Source: a virus (lineage: Duplodnaviria > Caudoviricetes). From it: a stretch of DNA of 42,715 nt. A program made the position numbers and the translations under genes. Of the stretch, positions 35,581 through 42,715 are shown piece after piece. The stretch spans positions 1 to 42,715 of the IMG/VR virus record IMGVR_UViG_3300033417_000022. The stretch is one strand, 5' to 3'. A model generated the notes under the pieces. It saw only the letters and a program-made list of their open reading frames with translations. It was not told the DNA's origin and did no database searches. The stretch's first letter is position 1; each line of letters starts with the position of its first letter.

Positions 35581-35906
35581 TGAGCGCCATGCAGCGCACC
35601 AAGGGAGCCGTCGCCGAGCGCGAGGTCGTGAAGCACCTCCGCGCCAACGGCTGGCCCGACGCCCGCCGCTACCTCGCCGGGGACGGACGGCAGCCCGGAG
35701 ACATCGACGCCATCCCCGGCGTGTCCATCGAAGTGAAGAACCAAGCCGTCTACGACTTCCCCGGCTGGCTGCGCCAAGCAGTCGCCGAGTCCGGGGAACG
35801 GCTGCCGGTCGTTGTCGCCAAGCCCCGCGGCGTCACCGACGTCGGTGAGTGGTGGTGCGTGCTGCGTCTGGACGACCTGCTCGACCTGTTGAGGGAGACC
35901 GCATGA
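35580..35906 (+). CDS. Holliday junction resolvase (Hjc-like PD-(D/E)XK)
   Basis: KG..AERE...GDID....IEVKN. Confidence 0.85.
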   Translation: MSAMQRTKGAVAEREVVKHLRANGWPDARRYLAGDGRQPGDIDAIPGVSIEVKNQAVYDFPGWLRQAVAESGERLPVVVAKPRGVTDVGEWWCVLRLDDLLDLLRETA

Positions 35907-36325
35907 CCAGCACCTACCGCTATCACATCGCCATCAACGGGTGGATGCGAGGCGAGGGGTGGATGCGGGGTCGCGGCAAGACGGACGATCCGCCCTACGG
36001 CAAGACTCGCACCTACGACAACGGCGTCATCGTTCGTTGCGAGGACGTCGAACACTGCTACGTGGTCGCCAGCTCGTGCCGTCGCAACCGGCCGAACTGG
36101 CACAACCGCATCCACCACGCCCGAGCACGCTGGATCGCCACCGACCGCAACGGCGTCATGGAACTGGGGCAGACCTACTGCTCCCGCACCCTCGTTGACC
36201 CGCTGTACGTGGACGAGCCGTCCCGTGACTGCGGCTGCGAGAACGGCCCCGCGCTCATGTGTCCCGGATGCGAGATCGCCTTCCACGGCACGGCGCTCGG
36301 CTTCGTCTGTGCGGAGGTCGCATGA
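35903..36325 (+). CDS. Cys-rich hypothetical protein
   Basis: Coupled ORF. Confidence 0.5.
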   Translation: MTSTYRYHIAINGWMRGEGWMRGRGKTDDPPYGKTRTYDNGVIVRCEDVEHCYVVASSCRRNRPNWHNRIHHARARWIATDRNGVMELGQTYCSRTLVDPLYVDEPSRDCGCENGPALMCPGCEIAFHGTALGFVCAEVA

Positions 36326-36471
36326 GCCTCGTCCTCTACCACGTCACCCCGTGGCTGTTCGCCGCCGCGGTCGTGGCCCCGTTCGTGTGGCGTCGTCGTG
36401 ACGACATCGCCGGCCAGGTCGAAGACGGCGAGTACCGGGCGATCGTGCGCGGGATGGCGGGTAGGCGATGA
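36322..36471 (+). CDS. Small membrane protein
   Basis: One TM segment; RBS GGAGG. Confidence 0.45.
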   Translation: MSLVLYHVTPWLFAAAVVAPFVWRRRDDIAGQVEDGEYRAIVRGMAGRR

Positions 36472-36740
36472 CGGCGACTGTCAGCGCAGACGAGAAGAGC
36501 CGCCTGTTCCACGAGGAGCGGGAGGTGTACGACCGGGCGTGCCGCGGATTCGGTCCACACCACGGCTTCAGCTACGAACTCGGTCCTTCCCAGTGCGCTG
36601 CTGGATGCACCGATGGGTGGCCTTGCTCACCGGCCGTGCTGTTCGCGCTGTCGGAACAGGAGTCGATCGAGAGGTCATGGCGTCGACGTCTCCGCAACTT
36701 GTTCACACGTGAACCCAACGACAGTGAGGCCGACACATGA
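36468..36740 (+). CDS. Hypothetical protein
   Basis: Coupled ORF. Confidence 0.5.
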   Translation: MTATVSADEKSRLFHEEREVYDRACRGFGPHHGFSYELGPSQCAAGCTDGWPCSPAVLFALSEQESIERSWRRRLRNLFTREPNDSEADT

Positions 36741-37306
36741 GGCACCTCGCCACTCTCCTCGCGCTCGTCTTCGTCACCGCGTGCAATCCGCCACCGGCAT
36801 CAACCGCGCAATCAGGCACCCCGCGCGTCCCCACCACCCAGCTCTCCGTCGACTGGCCCCCACCCCCAGAACTCGCGGTGACCACGACAACTGTAAGGGT
36901 AGAAGCAAGCTCGGTTTCCGGAAACGAAAACTCGACCACGGCTGCGCCCACAACGACAGAGCCCGCGGTCGTGCCAGCCACGCAAGCGCCGGCCGTCAGC
37001 TACACGGGAGAGTGCGGCGGCTGGGGTGAGCTCGTTGCTCAGCACTTCGGGGATCAGGCAGCCAAGGCGTGCCAGGTCATCGGTTGTGAAACGGGCTACA
37101 CGTACGACCCGACCATCGAGAACCCGTCACCGGACAGTACGGCGAGCGGACTGCTCCAGTTCCTCGACTCCACATGGGTCAAGGCGCGAGCGATGGTCGG
37201 AGCGGAGCAGTACGCCCGAGCGATGCACGCTCCCGGCGCGGTCCAGATCGCGGCTGGTGCTGCGTGGCTGCGAGCTACGTCGTGGTCGCAATGGGAGTGC
37301 GCGTGA
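36737..37306 (+). CDS. Lipoprotein with lysozyme-like (SLT/Rpf-type) transglycosylase domain
   Basis: Lipobox VTAC; Thr/Pro linker; CETG...STASGLLQFLDSTW...QI.A.....W..W. Confidence 0.75.
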   Translation: MRHLATLLALVFVTACNPPPASTAQSGTPRVPTTQLSVDWPPPPELAVTTTTVRVEASSVSGNENSTTAAPTTTEPAVVPATQAPAVSYTGECGGWGELVAQHFGDQAAKACQVIGCETGYTYDPTIENPSPDSTASGLLQFLDSTWVKARAMVGAEQYARAMHAPGAVQIAAGAAWLRATSWSQWECA

Positions 37307-37755
37307 CCCCCAACCCGCGCCGTTACCCCGTCGAACCGTTGGCCGCCGCTATGGGCTTGACCGTGCATGGGGCGCTGGCGCGTCTGAGTGTGTCTGGCAG
37401 CACGCAGGCGGACTATCGAAGCCGCGGCGTCACCTACCGCGTCGCTGACCGCCTGGCCGTCCGTGCCGGCTTCCACCCAGCCGAAGTGTGGCCCGAGTCC
37501 ACAGAGCACGAGATCGACGCCATCTCCCTCACCTGCGACGAGTGCGAGACCCGGTTCATCCCGAAGGCGAGGGCTCGACCGGACGTTCGGTTCTGCTCGA
37601 AGCGGTGCAACAAGCGCTTCCACTACCGGAAGCGGTACGCCGAGGCGATCGGGGAACGCGAGCGGGCACGCTCCCGTCAGTTCTACGCCGAGAACACCGA
37701 GTACGAGAGGGCGCAAGCGCGTCGCCGCTACCACGCCAACAAAGGGGCTGCCTGA
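37303..37755 (+). CDS. DNA-binding protein (Ner-like HTH plus Zn finger)
   Basis: ADRLAVRAGFHPAEVWP; CDEC...FCSKRC. Confidence 0.6.
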   Translation: MTPNPRRYPVEPLAAAMGLTVHGALARLSVSGSTQADYRSRGVTYRVADRLAVRAGFHPAEVWPESTEHEIDAISLTCDECETRFIPKARARPDVRFCSKRCNKRFHYRKRYAEAIGERERARSRQFYAENTEYERAQARRRYHANKGAA

Positions 37756-37801
37756 TGGCTCTGACCTGCGGTTTCATGGCCCGGTCAGCACTGGTGTTCG
37801 G

Positions 37802-37881
37802 TGCTACAATGAGCGGTGGCCGGCGCTGCGTGAACAGCACCGGCCCCCTTGACACAACCGCTCCTAACCAGAGGAGGGATC
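37802..37881 (+). promoter_or_regulatory. Extended -10 promoter with structured leader
   Basis: TGCTACAAT; hairpin GGCCGGCGCTG-CGTGAA-CAGCACCGGCC; CTCCT can pair with the RBS AGGAG. Confidence 0.6.
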
Positions 37882-38082
37882 ATGCCCAGCGCTGACGATA
37901 GCGCCGCTCGCGTCGTGAGTCTCGTTGAGCACCGCGCTGCCCGTGAGACGCCACCGCCAGATCCGCCCTCGGTGCCGTTCGTGCTTGACGTGAAGGAACG
38001 CCGCATCGCCCACCGTGGTCTACGGAAGGCGCGTCGTGCTCTCGACGAGGCCGTCAAGAAGGCGGCGGACGAGGATGAGTAA
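37882..38082 (+). CDS. Hypothetical protein
   Basis: RBS GAGGAGG. Confidence 0.55.
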   Translation: MPSADDSAARVVSLVEHRAARETPPPDPPSVPFVLDVKERRIAHRGLRKARRALDEAVKKAADEDE

Positions 38083-38659
38083 GCCGTTCAAGTACGAGTG
38101 GGAGCGGGCCGTCCTGACCTCCCCTCTGCCGTCCACGACCCGGCTCGTGCTGATGACGTTGTCGACGTTCATGGACAAGCACGGCACCGGAGCGTTCCCC
38201 TCGCAGCAGACCGTCGCAGACATGGCGCACCTCGGCGTCCGCACCGTTCGCAAGCACCTCGACCTGGCCCTCAAGGAAGGTTGGCTGCTCAAGGTTCGTC
38301 AGGGTCGCCACGTCGGTCGCGGTGGTTCGTACTCGAACATGTACGACGCCCTCATCCCTCTCGCAGCAGGCACGTCAGACCCTCCTGCGGACGATGTTGG
38401 GTTATCCACAACCGGCACGTCAGACCCTCCTGCGAATCCCGCAGGAGGCACGTCGATTCCGCAGGAGGCACCTGAGTGCACCGCAGGAGGCACCGTGGAC
38501 CCTCCTATCAGTACAGAACATGTGAAAAAGAAGAAGCGCGAGGTCTGCGGAGAGTGTCAGGAGTCGGGCTGGGTCATCGCGCCAAACCGCGACAAGGACG
38601 GGAAGTTGCTTCCCACTCGCCGATGCGAGTGCGGGGCCGGACAAAGGAGAACGGCATGA
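38075..38659 (+). CDS. Replication initiator (HTH_36-type)
   Basis: RLVLMTL..F.D..G..AFPSQQTVA....LG.RTVRKHL......GWL; internal iterons. Confidence 0.75.
   Translation: MSKPFKYEWERAVLTSPLPSTTRLVLMTLSTFMDKHGTGAFPSQQTVADMAHLGVRTVRKHLDLALKEGWLLKVRQGRHVGRGGSYSNMYDALIPLAAGTSDPPADDVGLSTTGTSDPPANPAGGTSIPQEAPECTAGGTVDPPISTEHVKKKKREVCGECQESGWVIAPNRDKDGKLLPTRRCECGAGQRRTA
38369..38530. repeat. Putative replication origin: iterons, DnaA box and A-rich tract
   Basis: GGCACGTCAGACCCTCCTGCG x2 (38369, 38414); CGCAGGAGGCAC x3 (38440, 38460, 38482); TTATCCACA at 38402-38410. Confidence 0.7.
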
Positions 38660-38895
38660 GAGACAGCGAGTGGTACGACGAGTTCTGGAGCGGAGTGGAC
38701 GTCGACGAGGACGAGCAAATCAGCGCTGTTCGCCTCATCGGTGAGATGTACGCCGATGGCGTCATCGACCGCGACGGCGACTACCTGATCGGCAATGACC
38801 CCGAGAGCCCAGAGCAGAGCCGCACCTGGCTCAGCACCGGCGACCAGCACCTCGTTCGCATGGTGTTCGACGCGGTCGACGGCATCGAGTCGTGA
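38656..38895 (+). CDS. Acidic hypothetical protein
   Basis: RBS AAGGAG. Confidence 0.55.
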   Translation: MRDSEWYDEFWSGVDVDEDEQISAVRLIGEMYADGVIDRDGDYLIGNDPESPEQSRTWLSTGDQHLVRMVFDAVDGIES

Positions 38896-39098
38896 CGGTC
38901 GCGAGCTTCGGGGTGGTGGAGATGGCGGCTTTCGACAGGGAGGTGGACGAGAACCGGAAGCGTCTCACACGCTCCGAGCTCGATGCGCTCGCCAAGCAAC
39001 GAGCCAAGGACCGCATCGCCGAACTGAGGTCTGCGCTCCCGACGATCCCGAAGCTCGAGCCTGAGGCCGAACTGCAATCGAAGGAGGCGGGAGCGTGA
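38892..39098 (+). CDS. Hypothetical protein
   Basis: Coupled ORF. Confidence 0.5.
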   Translation: MTVASFGVVEMAAFDREVDENRKRLTRSELDALAKQRAKDRIAELRSALPTIPKLEPEAELQSKEAGA

Positions 39099-39328
39099 GT
39101 GACGACTTGCCTGACGGCTGGGGCGATCCGGCCTCACCAGAGAACGCCGAGCGCATCGGCGAGTGGGTCTGGTGTCCTGTCGTGTGGGCCGTGCTCTCGA
39201 ACGACGGCTGCGAGTTCGACAAGCGCCACCAGGCCGACTGCCAATGCGGAAGCCGCTACCCGCTTTCCGTGACCCCCCTCGACCCCGTGACCCGAGCGCC
39301 ATCCGCCAGCAAGGAGACGAAGGCATGA
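39095..39328 (+). CDS. Hypothetical protein
   Basis: Coupled ORF. Confidence 0.45.
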   Translation: MSDDLPDGWGDPASPENAERIGEWVWCPVVWAVLSNDGCEFDKRHQADCQCGSRYPLSVTPLDPVTRAPSASKETKA

Positions 39329-39633
39329 GAGAACAGCGAACAGAAGCGGCGAGCACCCGACACGTGCTCGACGTTGAGGCGGCGCGTGCTGTCGCCAAGA
39401 TCGGAGCCAACCACGGGCACCACCGCGACTGCGGATGGTGCCGTGAGGTCGGCGTAGACCTTGTAGCAGCGATCGAGGAGGTCGATGCGCTTCGGTCCGC
39501 CATCCGGGGGATGGTGGACGAGGGTGGCTACGTCAACGCAGGTCCGAAGTACCTCCGCATCGACGGGTCCATCTACGACCCCGACTCGGCGGTATCAGCA
39601 GCCGTCGACCGCGCTCTCGGGGGCCCTTCGTGA
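39325..39633 (+). CDS. Hypothetical protein
   Basis: RBS AAGGAG. Confidence 0.5.
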   Translation: MREQRTEAASTRHVLDVEAARAVAKIGANHGHHRDCGWCREVGVDLVAAIEEVDALRSAIRGMVDEGGYVNAGPKYLRIDGSIYDPDSAVSAAVDRALGGPS

Positions 39634-39899
39634 CCGACACCCGAGGAGAGCCCGACGAGCTGCTCGAACGACTTCGAAACCCGCCTCGCGGCGGTCACTG
39701 CTCCGACGAAGGATGCGACGTCTGCGCCGAAGGGCGGCTGATGGCCGACGCCGCCAACGAAATCGAAGCCCTCCAAGCCGAGAACGCCGAGCTACGGGAC
39801 CTGCTCACCGAAGTGGCCGACTTCGGCTTCGCTGCCGAGAACGACGTCCCACCCGGCCTTGCGCTGCGCCTGTCCACCTACCGCACCGAGGGGCCATGA
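39630..39899 (+). CDS. Hypothetical protein
   Basis: ELLERLR...ADAANEIEAL pattern common in small phage proteins. Confidence 0.55.
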   Translation: MTDTRGEPDELLERLRNPPRGGHCSDEGCDVCAEGRLMADAANEIEALQAENAELRDLLTEVADFGFAAENDVPPGLALRLSTYRTEGP

Positions 39900-40078
39900 G
39901 CCGCCTTCTTGACTTCCTGGTCCCCTCCGAGGCGTTGCGCTGGCGCTCCCTGACCCGAGAGCCGCTCCTGTGGCATGTCGACCGCCTCCGCTACAACGCG
40001 GCGACGACGGAGCGCATCATCGCAGCGTTCGAGCGGATGGTCCCACTGCTCGCCGACCTCGATCTGGACGATCCGTGA
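39896..40078 (+). CDS. Hypothetical protein
   Basis: Coupled ORF. Confidence 0.4.
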   Translation: MSRLLDFLVPSEALRWRSLTREPLLWHVDRLRYNAATTERIIAAFERMVPLLADLDLDDP

Positions 40079-40127
40079 CCCCTTCGGCCACCTCCACCCT
40101 GTCCGCCACCGTCCGCTCAGGAGCCGC

Positions 40128-40916
40128 ATGAGATCAAGCCTCGCTGACACCTGGCACGAAGCCATGCGCCGAGCCCGCACGCTCGACCCGTCCCGCATCA
40201 CCGCCCACATCGTCGCCAGCGCCAACACCGGCCTATGTGCTGTCCGCTTCGACACCGAGGGCAGCAGAACGACCTCTGTACCCTGCGACGACCCCGAACG
40301 CTGCGACGAGGGCCCCTGGGACCACTCCCACCACATCGCTCGATCAGACCCGACCGGCAACGCAGCGGTGAGCAACAGCACGACAGGCAGCGACACCGAC
40401 GACCTCCGACGACTGAGCATCGCCCACCACGACTTCCTCGTCGCAGCCGGCATCGTCCTCGACTGGGTGAGCGGGAAGCGACCCACCACCTGGGCCGGAG
40501 TGCTCATGGTCAACGCACGGCTCATGCCCGGAACCGTGCAGGCAGGACTCGACGTGGACGACACCTACGCCCTCCCACCTGCCATCAGGTCAGCAGACCG
40601 AGCCGTCTCCGCTGTTGCATCCATCGCGAGGGACCACCTGCCCCGCGACCCCAGCCAGGACGAGAAGCACTGGACCGCCGGCCTGGCAGACGAGGACTGT
40701 TGCGCCTGGCACCTCGAGATCCACCGCCGCTACCGCCGACCTCGGATGCCGGGGAAGAACATCTGCCAATCCTGCTGCGACCTCGCCATCCTCGGAGGAA
40801 CGAAGCCCCCGCGCTGGATACGGGAGGCCGAGGTGGACCGGGAGGGGAAGCCGAAGATGTGGCAGCAGTCCCTCGGACGGTGGCTGGACGAGCTCGGTGT
40901 CGACCGAGCCTCCTGA
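40128..40916 (+). CDS. Hypothetical protein, possible late regulator
   Basis: RBS AGGAG; SDPTGNAAV motif and C-terminal Cys cluster; last gene of the early operon. Confidence 0.5.
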   Translation: MRSSLADTWHEAMRRARTLDPSRITAHIVASANTGLCAVRFDTEGSRTTSVPCDDPERCDEGPWDHSHHIARSDPTGNAAVSNSTTGSDTDDLRRLSIAHHDFLVAAGIVLDWVSGKRPTTWAGVLMVNARLMPGTVQAGLDVDDTYALPPAIRSADRAVSAVASIARDHLPRDPSQDEKHWTAGLADEDCCAWHLEIHRRYRRPRMPGKNICQSCCDLAILGGTKPPRWIREAEVDREGKPKMWQQSLGRWLDELGVDRAS

Positions 40917-40998
40917 GCGGATGCGTGACAGATCGAACTTCACTGATGTAACTTGTCCACAGGCGTGAACCACGTCGCGCCCACAAATGCCACTAGCT

Positions 40999-41033
40999 GC
41001 CGCCCGCACCGGGGTTCACCGGGCGGGCGGCTT
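40999..41033 (+). terminator. GC-rich hairpin, probable terminator
   Basis: GCCGCCCGC-A-CCGG-GGTTCA-CCGG-GCGGGCGGC-TT. Confidence 0.5.
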
Positions 41034-41064
41034 GCGTTAGGGGGTGAGCGATACGCTCCACCCC

Positions 41065-41403
41065 ATGCGGACCTTGGCGACACTCGCGGCTCTCACCCTC
41101 CTGCTAGGAGCCTGCGGAGACGACGACACGAGCGAGCGGGATGCAGCCGCCGAGCACCTCCGAGACGTCAGTGCCAGAGACGACCTGACCGACGAGGACA
41201 TCGACGACGCACTCGACGGCCGGTGCGGCAGTGACGCCTCCCTCAACCTGGAGCTCACGCACCACCAGACAGCAGACCGCCGAGCAGCATCTCTCGCCCT
41301 CACCGCCATCCTCTGCCCCGACCGCCTGGACGACATCACCGAGGCCACGCCACGGGAGAAGCAGGACGCCATGGAGACCAGAGCGCAGTACATGGACGGC
41401 TGA
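41065..41403 (+). CDS. Lipoprotein (moron-like)
   Basis: MRTLATLAALTLLLGAC lipobox; -10-like TACGCT 7 nt upstream of the ATG. Confidence 0.7.
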   Translation: MRTLATLAALTLLLGACGDDDTSERDAAAEHLRDVSARDDLTDEDIDDALDGRCGSDASLNLELTHHQTADRRAASLALTAILCPDRLDDITEATPREKQDAMETRAQYMDG

Positions 41404-41813
41404 TGCCTCGCACCCGCTGGCAGCCCTGCCCCGAGCCCACCTGCCCGCACCTACGGGAGCGCGGCGGTGACTGTCCCGCAGGCCACGCCAAGGCCAAGAA
41501 GGACTCGCAGCTCGCCAAGCTCCGAGCGACCACGGACGCCAGCCGACCGAGTGCCAGGCAGCGCGGCTACGGCAGAGACCATGAGCGACTGTTCCGAGCG
41601 CCGGTACTGCGTCGAGATCCAGTGTGCGTGATCTGCGGCTCAGCCCCGAGCGCCCACGCCGATCACTGGCCGCTCACCCGTAAGCAACTGGTGGAGCGTG
41701 GCCTGAACCCGAACGACCCACGGCACGGTCGTGGGACATGCGCTCGATGCCACGGCCGCTCCACTGCCCGCAACGACGGAGGCTTCGGGCGACCCGTCAC
41801 CCCCACCGAGTAA
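41403..41813 (+). CDS. HNH endonuclease, packaging-associated type
   Basis: RPSARQRGYG...VLRRDPVCVIC.....HADH...CARCHGRST; near the genome end. Confidence 0.8.
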   Translation: MPRTRWQPCPEPTCPHLRERGGDCPAGHAKAKKDSQLAKLRATTDASRPSARQRGYGRDHERLFRAPVLRRDPVCVICGSAPSAHADHWPLTRKQLVERGLNPNDPRHGRGTCARCHGRSTARNDGGFGRPVTPTE

Positions 41814-41882
41814 CATGAAGTGAGCCCGGCGCTGCGTCAACAGCCCGGGCTCGTGGTCACCACCTGGATGAGAGGTAGCGAC
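41811..41882 (+). promoter_or_regulatory. -10-like element with structured leader (sister of the 37802 leader)
   Basis: TAACAT, then GAGCCCGGCGCTG-CGTCAA-CAGCCCGGGCTC; a second stem occludes AGGT of the RBS. Confidence 0.55.
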
Positions 41883-42626
41883 ATGGCGAAGCGTACGTGC
41901 CCCGAGTGCCGAGGCGAAGTCTCCGGCAACCCTCGGCGGATCTACTGCTCCGACTCCTGCAAGAAGCGAGCCGAGGTCCACCGATACAGAGATCGCAACG
42001 TGCGGACCTGCGTGGTGTGCAAGGGGTCGTTCACCTCGTTCAGCCTCAAGGCCATCTACTGCTCCACGGAGTGTGAGGGTGAGGCCAAGCGTTGGCGATA
42101 CACGACCAACGTGGCGTCTCATCTCTCATGGCACCAGTGCTCGACCTGCGGTGCGTGGCGCACTCGTCGCGGCGCACCGTGCCCCAATGCGTCGGACCAT
42201 CCACCGCCAACGCCATGGACCCCCGCTCCAGCATTCGACTGCCGCACGTGCGGGCAGCACATCACCCCCATGGCCCAGGACATGGACCAGCGCCGCACCT
42301 ACTGCTCCGTGGCCTGCCGGGACAGGGCACACCGAAGACGAGAGAGGGAGCGAAGAAGGTCCGTCGAGCGGGGTGCCTACGTCTCTCCCGTTGTCCCCAC
42401 CGAGGTGTTCAACCGAGATGGTTGGCGATGCATGATCTGTCGCAAGCCACTCAAGCGGGGCGCAGCGGTACCGCATCCTCTCGCTCCAACTATCGACCAC
42501 ATCGTTCCGCTCGCAGACGGCGGCACACATGAACCCGCCAACGTGCAGGCTGCGCACTTTCTTTGCAACTCCACCAAGGGTGCCGGTCACCTGGGTACAG
42601 GTGAGCAGCTCCGACTGCTCGGTTGA
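41883..42626 (+). CDS. HNH endonuclease with multiple Zn-finger repeats
   Basis: CxxC...YCSxxC repeats; RDGWRCMIC...TIDHIVPLADGGTH...NVQAAHFLCNSTKG. Confidence 0.9.
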   Translation: MAKRTCPECRGEVSGNPRRIYCSDSCKKRAEVHRYRDRNVRTCVVCKGSFTSFSLKAIYCSTECEGEAKRWRYTTNVASHLSWHQCSTCGAWRTRRGAPCPNASDHPPPTPWTPAPAFDCRTCGQHITPMAQDMDQRRTYCSVACRDRAHRRRERERRRSVERGAYVSPVVPTEVFNRDGWRCMICRKPLKRGAAVPHPLAPTIDHIVPLADGGTHEPANVQAAHFLCNSTKGAGHLGTGEQLRLLG

Positions 42627-42699
42627 CCGCTGCATACTCATGCAAGCGCCGACAGACCCCACGGGGGGTGGGGCTACCCCCATCGCCCCGGGACCGTTG

Positions 42700-42715
42700 C
42701 AGGGTGGCGTCCCAT
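42700..42715. repeat. Right copy of the 16-bp terminal direct repeat
   Basis: Identical to 1..16. Confidence 0.95.

Noticed and set aside
26094-37755. Several early proteins ending in AA or AAS as degrons
   Set aside because: These endings arise from overlap with the next gene's GAGGCCGC-type RBS and start; only the repressor's LAA has no such constraint

Overview
The window looks like a complete ~42.7-kb, high-GC siphovirus genome. It begins and ends with the same 16 bp (CAGGGTGGCGTCCCAT), which fall between an HNH gene and terS. A WhiB gene and the gene content point to an Actinomycetota host. Gene order is: packaging and head; a sulfotransferase-like plus Stealth-like pair directly after the major capsid gene; neck and tail, with a -1 frameshift chaperone and tape measure; a truncated IS1595-family element with cargo; lysis; a second, post-lysis fibre module; an RHH gene, repressor and cro-like switch with no recognisable integrase; then early genes (ParB-like, WhiB, Gam-like, Sak4-like, HNHs, resolvase, Rpf/SLT-like lipoprotein, HTH replication initiator with internal iterons and a DnaA box). 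Four observations stand out. (1) A ~70-nt tRNA-Ala/tmRNA-TLD-like RNA with a G3:U70 pair, preceded by a 15-aa hydrophobic micro-ORF and hairpins, next to a HicAB-like pair in the IS1595 remnant. (2) A possible virion phosphoglycosylation and sulfation module. (3) A fibre with 18 HxH motifs in 22-aa repeats, next to an 8-Cys small protein. (4) A repressor with an ssrA-like LAA tail in a genome without an integrase. All calls come from reading motifs and synteny by eye; no database searches were run.
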